DNA from: an uncultured Desulfosarcina sp.
GTDB taxonomy: Bacteria; Desulfobacterota; Desulfobacteria; Desulfobacterales; Desulfosarcinaceae
Direction of reading: 5' to 3'
DNA length: 64,000 nucleotides
NCBI GenBank assembly: GCA_963674945.2
Contig: CAXXWQ010000003.1
Span: 2,556,931 to 2,620,930 of the forward strand
Positions 18,660-28,564 of the stretch are shown piece by piece. The notes below the pieces were generated by a model. The model ran no database searches, was not told the DNA's origin, and worked only from the letters and a program-made list of their open reading frames with translations. A program made the position numbers and the translations under genes. The stretch's first letter is position 1. Every line of letters starts with the position of its first letter.

Positions 18660-21106
18660 CCCTGATGTTCTCCTGTCGGTAAGGAAAATGAAAACGTGGC
18701 ACCTTTGCCAAGGCCCTCGCTATGCGCCTGAATTTTTCCCCCCAGCAATTCCACCAGTCGTTTACAGATGGAAAGGCCCAGGCCGGTGCCCTCATATCGG
18801 CGGGAAAGTCCGGTCTCAATTTGATGAAATGCGCTGAACAGTTTGGGCATGTCTGCCGGTGCGATACCGATACCGGTATCCGCTACCGTGGCGGTTACCC
18901 ACTTTGAATCGGCCTCACATGTCAATTGCACTCGTCCTCGATCGGTGAACTTGACGGCATTGTTCATCAGATTGAGCAGAATCTGTTCGACGCGCCGTCG
19001 ATCACTGGTAAGGATGATGGCGTCGGAGGGCATCTTTACGGATATTTCCACTTTCTTTTGCTGCGCCATGGGAGAAATCGTCTGCTCCACCTTATTGACA
19101 CAAGCCTGCATCGCAAAGGATTCCGAAGCAACCGCCAATTGTCCTGCTTCAATTTTGGAAATATCCAACACGTCATTAATCAGACCCAACAAGTGATGGG
19201 CGCTGTTTTGCACCATGGTCAGCTGTTTGGACTGTTCGTGATTTAACGGTCCCACCAATTCTTGAAGGATAATCCCGGTAAACCCGATGATGGAGTTCAA
19301 GGGGGTGCGCAATTCGTGTGACATGGAGGCCAGGAATGCGGATTTGAGCCTGTCAGACTCCTCTGCTCTCTCTTTCGCCACTGCCAGTTCGGCGGTACGA
19401 CGGGCAACTTTGCGTTCCAGCAAGTCATGGGCATGTTGCAAAGCGTCCTGGGCCCGTTTGCGCTCGGTAATATCCCGGATAATGACCATGTCGGCCGGTT
19501 TCCCCTGATAAGTGATTCGGCCGGCATTCACTTCGGCGTAAATCTTTCTCCCATCCTTTCGGACGAAAATGGTCTCGTAGATTCTGTCCGGCACATCTTC
19601 GGCCATGCGTTGTTCATATAATCGTGCGACCTTTTCTTTCTCCTCCGGATGAAGATAGACGGTAAAGGGTTGATCGATTACTTCAGTGGCGGCCTGACCG
19701 GACATTGCAAGCAAGCTGGGATTGGCAAACCGGATCAACCCATTCTGGATGATGATGATGCCGTCATTGGCTCGTTCCACTAAATTCCGGTATTGGTTTT
19801 CACTGGCACGCAGTGCCTTCTCCGCCTCCAATCGCTCATCGATCTCCTTTTGGATCCGCATCACCTGCCGGGCATTGGCCATCGCCAGGCCAACTGTTTT
19901 GCCGATGGACAACAAGGTCTTTTTTTCAGATGCGGAAATCGCGTATTGGCCTTTGTAGATCATGTTCATGGCGCCCAAGACCTGGTCCCGGGCAAGCAGG
20001 GGGATCGACAGAACACTTTTCAGACTTTGCTCCGAAAGTGCCTTTCGCACCTCCGGCACCAACCGCATATCCGTGCCCAAATCCACGGTGGACACCACCT
20101 GCTTTTCTCGTACGGCGATGCCGGTCAAAGATCCCTCCAGCGGCAATACCGCTGACACATCCAGTGTCTGCCGATCGAATCCTTGGGCGTGAATCAGTTC
20201 CAACTGTTGTAATGACGCATTGAGACTGAAAACCGCCACTGCCGGAGATTGGCTGTACTCCATCATCGCCTGGACCGCGTGGCGAGCAACGGTTTGCGTG
20301 TCAAGGGAGCGATAGACTGCATCGGCGATCGTGTTAACGGCCGTTAACTGCCCCTGTTTGATTTTGAAATTGCCCAGCATGCGATTGAAAGAATCGGCCA
20401 ACCGACCGATTTCATCTTTGCTTTCATACGTCAGGGATAGGTCACGTTCCCCGTTGTCGGCCAGTTTCTTTGCCTGATCGGCCAGGACACGGATGGGCGC
20501 GCTGATCAGCCTGGCCGTGATCAAAGCCATGGCGGAACCAATACACACCACCAGCAGTGCGACGATGACGACACGTCGTTTATACAGCACCATCTGCCCC
20601 CTTTCCTGATCAAGGGAGAATCCGATATACAGAAAACCGAAACTCTTGTCTTCGATGGTAAGGGGAGCAGACGCCGCATAACAATTCTCTGTTATGGCAT
20701 GAATCTGCCTGGATCGCCCTTTCGCAGCGGACGGTTCGACCGACATGGGCGCAGGCAAACTGTCCGTGGATTTACCATCCATACGGTGGTCGTTGTGGGC
20801 CAGTATTCGACGTTTTCCGCTGTCTACCACCATTGCATAGTTTACGTTGTGCATACGGCCCAGCGCGTCGACAAAATGATCCAGAAATTGTTTATTGTTG
20901 ACGTCAAGGGCGTTGGACAATGACAAGCCAATCGAACCGGTCAGTGCATCGGCCGTTCCTACGGCCTCTGTGATGATGGCCCTTTCAACCGCCGCCATCA
21001 CCGGAAAGACAATGACGGCTGCGGCAATCACCGCCGGAAGCACCGTCAGTAAGGTGAGTTTGAACCAAATGCTTCGATCTTTAAAGACAAGCCTGACTAG
21101 TTGCAT
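18656..21106 (-). CDS. Membrane sensor kinase (HAMP-GAF-PAS-HisKA-HATPase)
   Basis: Two TM segments, DEIGRLADSFNRM, PAS ending RDITERK, SHELRTPLN, NAVKFT, GTGLGL. Confidence 0.95.
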   Translation of the reverse strand: MQLVRLVFKDRSIWFKLTLLTVLPAVIAAAVIVFPVMAAVERAIITEAVGTADALTGSIGLSLSNALDVNNKQFLDHFVDALGRMHNVNYAMVVDSGKRRILAHNDHRMDGKSTDSLPAPMSVEPSAAKGRSRQIHAITENCYAASAPLTIEDKSFGFLYIGFSLDQERGQMVLYKRRVVIVALLVVCIGSAMALITARLISAPIRVLADQAKKLADNGERDLSLTYESKDEIGRLADSFNRMLGNFKIKQGQLTAVNTIADAVYRSLDTQTVARHAVQAMMEYSQSPAVAVFSLNASLQQLELIHAQGFDRQTLDVSAVLPLEGSLTGIAVREKQVVSTVDLGTDMRLVPEVRKALSEQSLKSVLSIPLLARDQVLGAMNMIYKGQYAISASEKKTLLSIGKTVGLAMANARQVMRIQKEIDERLEAEKALRASENQYRNLVERANDGIIIIQNGLIRFANPSLLAMSGQAATEVIDQPFTVYLHPEEKEKVARLYEQRMAEDVPDRIYETIFVRKDGRKIYAEVNAGRITYQGKPADMVIIRDITERKRAQDALQHAHDLLERKVARRTAELAVAKERAEESDRLKSAFLASMSHELRTPLNSIIGFTGIILQELVGPLNHEQSKQLTMVQNSAHHLLGLINDVLDISKIEAGQLAVASESFAMQACVNKVEQTISPMAQQKKVEISVKMPSDAIILTSDRRRVEQILLNLMNNAVKFTDRGRVQLTCEADSKWVTATVADTGIGIAPADMPKLFSAFHQIETGLSRRYEGTGLGLSICKRLVELLGGKIQAHSEGLGKGATFSFSLPTGEHQG

Positions 21107-21553
21107 CCGTATTTCCCATCAAGATAAACATTGCACATTGCGAACATTGTGGATTGCCAGGACGTGTAATTGTATCACCCGTTTCCTCGGGCCGTACCAT
21201 CCATGTTTTTCTGCAATCCCGTTAGTGTTAGGAAATTGTGCTCCAGGCAATGCTGAATGTGACGTTAGGGGCAGACCAAGTTGTTCAAATAGAATATCGA
21301 CCTGGCGCCTCCTTGTCAATTTGATATTGAGGATGGTGCATAGAGGATTAAAATACCAGTAATAAGAACTTCTTGAGTATTTCTTACCTTATGGATCGAA
21401 AAGTACTTTCCGATCGACGTCCAGTGCCGGACCGACTTTTTTTCAGCGGTTACATAATTTTTCTCGTTGCCCTGTAGACTCGAACGGATCCATGAAAACA
21501 TGCAAGAATTTGATACGACCGGTTCGCATCATTTGCTGGATTGCGGTTTTGAA

Positions 21554-22429
21554 TCATTTCTCCAACGCCTGTTTTACGGCGAGTCCAATTTTCTCCATGG
21601 TAAAAGGCTTCTTAACAAATTTTCCCGCACCTAACATTTCGGCCTTTTCACCTCCTCTGTTTCGGCGTATCCACTGACGATAACGGCCTTTTGATTCGGA
21701 TGAATCGATCACCAGTTTCAAGGCCTGAAACTTGGACATTTCCCGAGCGGATCGATATGTGGTCAGAAAATTGGTGAGATTGAACAAGGGCTTTAACTCG
21801 ATGGTGGCCTGAATACGACCATGTCTGATTTCCGTTCGTACCGAACCGATGTTGTCGTATCCCGTAACGATGATTTTCTTTTTCGGTCCGATCCGGTTAA
21901 TTGCCTGGATAGCGCCTAACGCCATGGAATCATTTGCGCAGATGATGGCATCGACATCGGGGTTTTTGGACAGCAACCTGGCTGTAAGGGAAAAGGATTC
22001 GTCCGTGTGCCAGTTGGCACTTTCCGATGCACCAATTTCAATGGAACTTCCCGCCGTGAGAGCTCTGATGAACCCTTTTTTTCGCGAATCTGAATTCTCC
22101 ACGCCCCATATGCCTTCTATCACGAGGACGCGACCCGAACCATTGCGTCTTGCCTTGACATAATTCCCAATCAGTTGCGATCCGGCAAAATTGTCGGAAC
22201 CGATAAAAGGAATGGAGATACCGACCATGTTCATGGTCGGTGTGTGCAACGGATTGTCTATATTGATGACGACGATGTTTCGATCCAGTGCCTTTTTGCA
22301 TAGGGGGACAAGTTTTTTTGCCATCTCATATTCGATGCCCTCTCTGGCATGAAAAACAATAGGCTGATGGAATGACTGGCGTATTCTGGGAGTACGCTTG
22401 CCTGCTGGAAGGATTCGCACCATCAGCAT
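21554..22429 (-). pseudogene. Deletion relic: RbsB-like sugar-binding domain joined to a REC C-terminus
   Basis: FIGSDNFAG, ANWHTD, CANDSMALGA, TGYDNI, then LGAGKFVKKPFTMEKIGLAVKQAL; both domains incomplete. Confidence 0.75.
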
Positions 22430-22873
22430 GAAGAATTAGCACAAAGAAATCAATGGGAATGGTCCGTTTTTTCTTGGCAATTTCGTTCAGAAACGATAAA
22501 ATGTCCAAAATACAAAGCGGCATGGCTATTTTCCGTTTTATTTAAAAGATAAATTTGTACCAAGTCAAATAGCACATGCCTCCCCCCTTTTATCTCTCAA
22601 AACGGGGGAAGGATACAAGACATAGCAAGGTTCCCGCGGCTGCTGTCGGCTGAACAGTTTCGTTTGGATTGGTTATCTGTGGTGATTAAGTACGTCTTGA
22701 TTGAAAAGCGCGTTGGCGGTCTGTCATTTCTTCGCATCTCAATAGCGGATGCCTGTATTCTTTCCTTATCGCAGAAGCAATCTACCTTTTTCTTTTCTCA
22801 TGCCGGACAAAGAGACACTTTACAACGTCGCTATATGTCAAATGATACGACACAATGAAAAACCGGGTAAACT

Positions 22874-25618
22874 ATGAAGAAAATTTGTATTATTCTGACC
22901 TTATTTTTCACCAACCTTGCCCATGCAGAAGTCGTCCTGAACAAAACCGACGGTCGCGTTTTCATAGGGAACCAACTGGAATATCATGAAGATACAGACA
23001 ACTTGAGTTTTGAGGAGATTGCAAGTCTGAAATCAGGCTGGCAAACCAGCGCTTACAAAAGCATCGGCCTGGGATTTACAAAATCAGTCTGCTGGATACG
23101 CTTCGACCTTACAAATAAAACAGATCGGGAACTGTTTTTGACGTTCAATGCAATCAACACGGATTCGATCAACCTCTATATATTGAATAATGATGGAAGT
23201 TATACTGAAAAAACAGGCGGCAGCATCTATCCATTTCAACATAGGGAGGTCTACGATAAAGATATTTTTTTTGTGATTCCCGAACACTCCGGGCACAGGA
23301 CGCTATATGCCAGGATCATGTCGAATTATATACTTGAAATAACACCGGAAATTGTGCCAAGCAACAAAATGCCGGAAAGGGCTGTGAAAACATACCTGCC
23401 CATTGCCCTGTATCATGGAATATTACTGGCGTTGATTGTCTACCATCTTTTTATCTTTTTTTCGTCGAAAGAGAAAACTTATTTTGTTCTTGTCCTTCTC
23501 ATAACAGGCTTCTGTCTTTATGATCTTGCACACGATGGCCTGGGGTTCATGTTTTTGTGGCCGAAATCAATTTATTTCGAAAGTATTGTCATCCCCCTTT
23601 CAGTGACTATCGTTCAGATAACAAGCGGAATTTATATTCAATTGTCCGTCGGACGCATGCGAGCGTTCAGGACTGTCTACCGGTTAATCAATTCATATGT
23701 GATTGCGGGTTTCGTTCAACTTCTACTGCTATTTTTTGCAGCAAAGTACATTAATACGGCAATCACAATCGTATTCTCCCTATATGCAACCCTGGTAAGT
23801 TTATCGTGCCTGTTTTATATGGGAGTTGTCAAAAGAAACCGAACCGCTTTCTTTCTTTTCCTTGGTTTCTTTCTATTTGAAATAGGCAGTATTATTGCAA
23901 TTGCGACAACGAATTCCACATTAATCCGATTCATTCCCTTCTTAGCGAATTATCTGCTTGTTTTGCTCATTATGAAATTTACAAAAATTTGGTTTGTTTT
24001 AATATTCTCATTCACTCTGGCCGACAAGATAAATATAATGAGAAGAAATCTCGAGATAAGCGAGGAAACGTACAAATCAATATTTAACGGGACAAACGAA
24101 GCGTTTGCAATTCTGGACAATGAATCATATGCGCTTGTGGACTGCAACGAACGTTTGCTCAACATGCTTACTATAGAACGTTCCGATATTATAAACAAAT
24201 CACTTGATGCAACCGGGGCGGTCGAAGACAGTTATACAAAAGAAAAAGCGATAGGAATCATCGGCAAGATGAAAGGCAAGGATTCGGTCCTGTTTGACTG
24301 GCGATTCAAAAAACCGAATGGTGACAAGCTATGGGCGGAAGTGGCACTCAGCAATGTTATACTAGGTGGAAAGAAAAGAATACTGGGTGTCATCCGCGAT
24401 ATCAGCGACCGTAAAAAAAATGAGGATGAACGCAAACAATTGATGGAGCAGCTTGCACAGTCCCAGAAAATGGAAGCAGTTGGTTCACTTGCAGGCGGTC
24501 TTGCACATGACTTTAACAATATTCTGACAGGAATAATGGGTAGCAGCAGCATGCTTGAATTGGAGATAAAGGAAAAGGAAATCAATATATCCAAGATTGA
24601 AAAATACATTGCCATTATTCTCGAGTCATCGCAAAAAGCAGCAGCAATTGTAAGGCGTTTGCTTACGATGACAAAAAAGTCGGAATTGATCTTCAATCCC
24701 GTTGACCTCAACCGGTCTCTGACGAATGTGATCGAAATATGTTTGAACAGTTTTCCCAAATCGGTAATGATACAGACAAAATATTACGACAAACCCGCCA
24801 TCATCAAAGCCGATACAACCGGACTCGAGCAGGCATTGCTGAACATACTTGTCAATGCATCCCATGCGCTCACCATCATGCGCCGGCATTCCAAATCCCA
24901 GGGAGGTATAATTGCAGTCAAGATCGACAAGCAACTGGCAGACGAAACATTCTGCAAGACGAACCTGGATGCGAAAGAGAATACGACTTACTTTTCAGTC
25001 TCAGTAAAGGATAATGGCTGCGGCATTGATAAAAATACAATCGATAAAATTTTCGATCCTTTTTTTACCACAAAAAGCGAGCAGAATGGCAGCGGCCTTG
25101 GATTATCAATGGTTTTCAACATTGTCAAACTGCACAACGGTTTTATCAACGTACATTCGGAAAAAAATGCGGGAACGACTTTCATTGTTTATCTTCCTGA
25201 AGACAATACCGGCAAACTTCCGGAACAGACAGACAGCGATACCGTTGTTCAATGGCATGGCCGGATTCTTGTCATCGATGATGAGATGTTTATCAGAACA
25301 ATCGCGACGGACATGCTGTCAGACTGCGGATATGAAGTTCTTACGGCGTCCGACGGCAATGAGGGCATCGAAATATTCAAAAAAGACACCGGCGGTGTTG
25401 ATGCAATATTGCTTGACACGTCAATGCCTGGGCTCTCAGGACTTGAAACATTCAAAAAATTAAGAAAGATCGATCCTTCCATAAAAATTATCATGTCTTC
25501 CGGATTCAGCATGGATAAGAGGGTGCAAAAAGCGCTTGACCTTGGCGCTGATTCGTTTATTCAAAAACCCTACACCAACATTCAGCTTTCAAGGGTGGTT
25601 TACGATGTGATTTCGTAA
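22874..25618 (+). CDS. 7TM-DISM PAS hybrid sensor kinase
   Basis: Signal peptide, GLGFTKSVCWIRF (DISM extracellular), seven hydrophobic helices, PAS, AHDFNN, HATPase, REC. Confidence 0.92.
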   Translation: MKKICIILTLFFTNLAHAEVVLNKTDGRVFIGNQLEYHEDTDNLSFEEIASLKSGWQTSAYKSIGLGFTKSVCWIRFDLTNKTDRELFLTFNAINTDSINLYILNNDGSYTEKTGGSIYPFQHREVYDKDIFFVIPEHSGHRTLYARIMSNYILEITPEIVPSNKMPERAVKTYLPIALYHGILLALIVYHLFIFFSSKEKTYFVLVLLITGFCLYDLAHDGLGFMFLWPKSIYFESIVIPLSVTIVQITSGIYIQLSVGRMRAFRTVYRLINSYVIAGFVQLLLLFFAAKYINTAITIVFSLYATLVSLSCLFYMGVVKRNRTAFFLFLGFFLFEIGSIIAIATTNSTLIRFIPFLANYLLVLLIMKFTKIWFVLIFSFTLADKINIMRRNLEISEETYKSIFNGTNEAFAILDNESYALVDCNERLLNMLTIERSDIINKSLDATGAVEDSYTKEKAIGIIGKMKGKDSVLFDWRFKKPNGDKLWAEVALSNVILGGKKRILGVIRDISDRKKNEDERKQLMEQLAQSQKMEAVGSLAGGLAHDFNNILTGIMGSSSMLELEIKEKEINISKIEKYIAIILESSQKAAAIVRRLLTMTKKSELIFNPVDLNRSLTNVIEICLNSFPKSVMIQTKYYDKPAIIKADTTGLEQALLNILVNASHALTIMRRHSKSQGGIIAVKIDKQLADETFCKTNLDAKENTTYFSVSVKDNGCGIDKNTIDKIFDPFFTTKSEQNGSGLGLSMVFNIVKLHNGFINVHSEKNAGTTFIVYLPEDNTGKLPEQTDSDTVVQWHGRILVIDDEMFIRTIATDMLSDCGYEVLTASDGNEGIEIFKKDTGGVDAILLDTSMPGLSGLETFKKLRKIDPSIKIIMSSGFSMDKRVQKALDLGADSFIQKPYTNIQLSRVVYDVIS

Positions 25619-25817
25619 AAATGATCTTTGCGTTTTCCCTATGAACCGAAAACATGTCGTCTTCTGTTGCAGTAGAGCCCAACAGACTGCAGTCTGAGAG
25701 ATACTGTGGAACCGAAAAGCAAAATGATATCGCTCAGGAGCACGACCGGGTGGTTGCCTGCCGCAATTCAGGATCACTTTTCGTTAGCAATCACTCATTT
25801 GTCATCATCGTGGGGTT

Positions 25818-27209
25818 TCAGACCTCTTTAATGATCTCCTCCTCCCACGCCTCCTGCCGCCCCAATTCGGCAATGAGGTCCAGAATCGTATAGCGACTGC
25901 GGATCCAGCGGCCGAAGCGGTAACCAAACGCCACTTCTTTTTCCGATATCCCCAGATCCGCGGCCCGGACAATGGCGCCGGCTTCGGTAAGATACGATCG
26001 GGATGCGGCGGCGGAGATGACGACATCCGCCACGGCTTTGCGTATGGCCGGCCAACGGGCCTGGATGAGACGTCGCCGCTTTTGCAAGGACGGGAGATCG
26101 AGGTATTTTTGAAGGGCAAAGGGCATCACTGCCGGGGCGATATCACCAAACGCAGCATTGATTCTCTCTTCGAACCGTTCCTTTCCCTCAACGCTGGCGT
26201 CGGCCCGGCAAAGGTGTTCGATGGCGGTATCGTCCAGAGCCAGCAGCTTTTCATAGAGTTTCAGGCTGATCAGGGTGGTAACGCCGGTCTGCTGGCCGTG
26301 CAGCGCCGGGGTTCGGTCTACCCAGTGGGCGGTCATGTCCCACAGGTGGCTGATCAGATGCTCGCCTCCCGAGGCCGGACTGCTGGAACCGGCAAGCACC
26401 ATGGAGATGCCCGATCGAACCAGGGCTTCTGCCAGTACTGCCATCCCGTCGGGCGCGTTTTTCCGGATTTCTTCAGCCGCGGCGATGCATCGTTTTACCG
26501 CGTCATCGGCGACGGCGGCGGCAAAGCCGCAGTAGTATTCGTCAAACAGATGGTGGCCCAACAGCCAATCGGCGGTGGAGGCGTTTTTGGAGAGCAGGTC
26601 GCCGAACCCGGCTGCAGTCATGGCAGCCGGGGCCGTGGCCAGGATGTGCGGGTCGGCGATGATGGCCACCGGTGGCCGGCATGGTTCCGTAACTTTCACA
26701 CCGTTGACGGTCAAGGCCGCAATGGCCGAAGGGTAACCGTTCATGCTGGCAGCGGTCGCCACGGTGATCTGCGGGCATCCCGACGCCGTGGCCGCGCTCT
26801 TTGCGATATCGTTGATGGTGCCGGATCCCACGGCCAAAAGGCCGGTGGCCTTGCTGCCGTGAATTGCTTCGGCAAGGGCTTGTACCGCGTGGCCGTCTGC
26901 GTGTACGATCGGAGAAGATGAATCGACCATGTACAGCGCCACCTTCCGACCGGCATCTTGCAGCAAGGCCACGGCGGTTTCCCCCCCGATGGTCCATGTA
27001 TTGGCATCCGCCACGCAGAGAATCGTGCCTGCGGGCAAACGGCGTTCAACCAGTGTCGGCAGCTGGTGCAGTGCACCTGGATGCAACAGTACCTCCCGGA
27101 TTGGAATGTGGTGTTCCTTGCCGCAGACACAGCCGCTGCGCCGCGTCGCGAGCAATTCGTCCAGCGGCGCGTTGGCCCGCTCAAAGAAGACCGTTTCGCC
27201 AGCGCTCAT
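25818..27209 (-). CDS. sn-glycerol-1-phosphate dehydrogenase homolog (AraM/EgsA family)
   Basis: CVCGKEH, AVGSGTINDIAK, TAASMNGY, AGFGDLLSK, SSPASGGEHLISHLWDM, LHGQQTG. Confidence 0.85.
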   Translation of the reverse strand: MSAGETVFFERANAPLDELLATRRSGCVCGKEHHIPIREVLLHPGALHQLPTLVERRLPAGTILCVADANTWTIGGETAVALLQDAGRKVALYMVDSSSPIVHADGHAVQALAEAIHGSKATGLLAVGSGTINDIAKSAATASGCPQITVATAASMNGYPSAIAALTVNGVKVTEPCRPPVAIIADPHILATAPAAMTAAGFGDLLSKNASTADWLLGHHLFDEYYCGFAAAVADDAVKRCIAAAEEIRKNAPDGMAVLAEALVRSGISMVLAGSSSPASGGEHLISHLWDMTAHWVDRTPALHGQQTGVTTLISLKLYEKLLALDDTAIEHLCRADASVEGKERFEERINAAFGDIAPAVMPFALQKYLDLPSLQKRRRLIQARWPAIRKAVADVVISAAASRSYLTEAGAIVRAADLGISEKEVAFGYRFGRWIRSRYTILDLIAELGRQEAWEEEIIKEV

Positions 27210-27228
27210 GGTATATCTCCCGATTTGA

Positions 27229-28308
27229 TTAAAGCAGTATTTTGCATTTTTGCGGATTCAAATGAAGATAGAGTTCCTGTCCCTCTTCCCGGGACAGATG
27301 ATGGGGCACCTGCACGCGGATCGTTTCGTCATTGACGTTAACGAAGAAGTAGAGAAAATTCCCCAGGTAGGCCCGATGATGGATGATCCCCTTGAAGACG
27401 TTTACGTTGTCTGCCGGAGCATCGGTAAACACCGCCACGTCCTCGGGACGGATGGAGGCGAAGACCTTGGCGCCCACATCGATGTGCTGCATGGGCGGAT
27501 GGCATAGAAGATGTTCGGAAAACGCGGTACGTACGCTGGTCGTATTGGTTGACGAATCCGTTGGCCCCATGGTCGCGGGGATAAAATTCATGGTGCCGAT
27601 GAAGTCGGCCACGAAGGAATCGGCCGGTTCGGCGTATATCTGCTGCGGTGTGTCGATTTGAACGATGTTCCCGGACTTCATTACGGCAATGCGGTCGGAA
27701 ATGACCATGGCCTCGGCCTGATCATGGGTGACATACACCGATGTGATGCCCATCCGCCGTGTGAGGCTTTTGATCTCAAAACGCATTTTTTCCCTGAGCT
27801 TGGCATCCAGGTTACTTAACGGTTCGTCCAGCAGCAGAACTTTGGGATTGCCGATCAGGGCCCGCGCCAGGGCCACCCGTTGCTGCTGGCCGCCGCTCAA
27901 TTGGCCCGGATATCGCTCTTCCATGCCCCCCAGTCCCACCATTTCCAATACTTCCATGGTCTTGGTGCGGATCTCGGACTTTGGTCTCTTTCTGAGCTTC
28001 AGGCCATAGGCCACGTTGCTGAACACCTTCATGTGGGGCCAGACCGCATAGTTTTGGAATACCATGCCGATACCGCGTTTGGACGGCGGCACGAAGCCTT
28101 TTTCGATCATGGGCTGACCGTCGATGACGATCTCTCCCCCCTGGGGCGTTTCCAATCCGGCGATGCAGCGCAAGGTGGTGGTCTTGCCGCATCCGCTGGG
28201 TCCCAGGAGGGTGAGCATTTCGCCTTTTTCGACAAGAAGATCGATGCGGTTGACGGCGATGGTCTTGCGGTAGGTTTTAAGGAGCTGCTGAATTTCGATA
28301 AATGCCAT
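27229..28308 (-). CDS. ABC transporter ATP-binding protein (FbpC/PotA type, TOBE domain)
   Basis: GPSGCGKTT, LSGGQQQRVALARAL, LLLDEPLSNLDAKLR. Confidence 0.95.
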   Translation of the reverse strand: MAFIEIQQLLKTYRKTIAVNRIDLLVEKGEMLTLLGPSGCGKTTTLRCIAGLETPQGGEIVIDGQPMIEKGFVPPSKRGIGMVFQNYAVWPHMKVFSNVAYGLKLRKRPKSEIRTKTMEVLEMVGLGGMEERYPGQLSGGQQQRVALARALIGNPKVLLLDEPLSNLDAKLREKMRFEIKSLTRRMGITSVYVTHDQAEAMVISDRIAVMKSGNIVQIDTPQQIYAEPADSFVADFIGTMNFIPATMGPTDSSTNTTSVRTAFSEHLLCHPPMQHIDVGAKVFASIRPEDVAVFTDAPADNVNVFKGIIHHRAYLGNFLYFFVNVNDETIRVQVPHHLSREEGQELYLHLNPQKCKILL

Positions 28309-28365
28309 GTACCGGACTCCTTTGCATGCAACTGTGCTAAAAAAAATGCTGTTACGCTTTCCTCT

Positions 28366-28377
28366 CCCCCCCCCCCC
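28366..28377. repeat. C12 homopolymer (G12 on coding strand)
   Basis: Twelve consecutive C about 58 bp upstream of the ATPase start. Confidence 0.8.
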
Positions 28378-28400
28378 ACTGTACCCCGATTTTAGTTAGT

Positions 28401-28564
28401 GTCTATCCAGAAATAGGAAAATTTGGTCGAGATCAAGGCGCACGAAAAATTTTACCGCAGGTTGCCGAAGGAAATACCCTTGGGGTGCATATGGTTGATA
28501 TTTCGAGGATAAAATTTTTCGCGCAACGCCGATATCGGGCAAATTGGTCATTTTCTGGATGGTC
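28401..28564. repeat. Long imperfect hairpin element (intergenic family)
   Basis: ATCCAGAAA...TTTCTGGAT outer arms; TCAAGGC-GCACGAAAAATTTTA-CCGCAGG...TTTCGAGGA-TAAAATTTTTCGCGC-AACGC. Confidence 0.8.
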
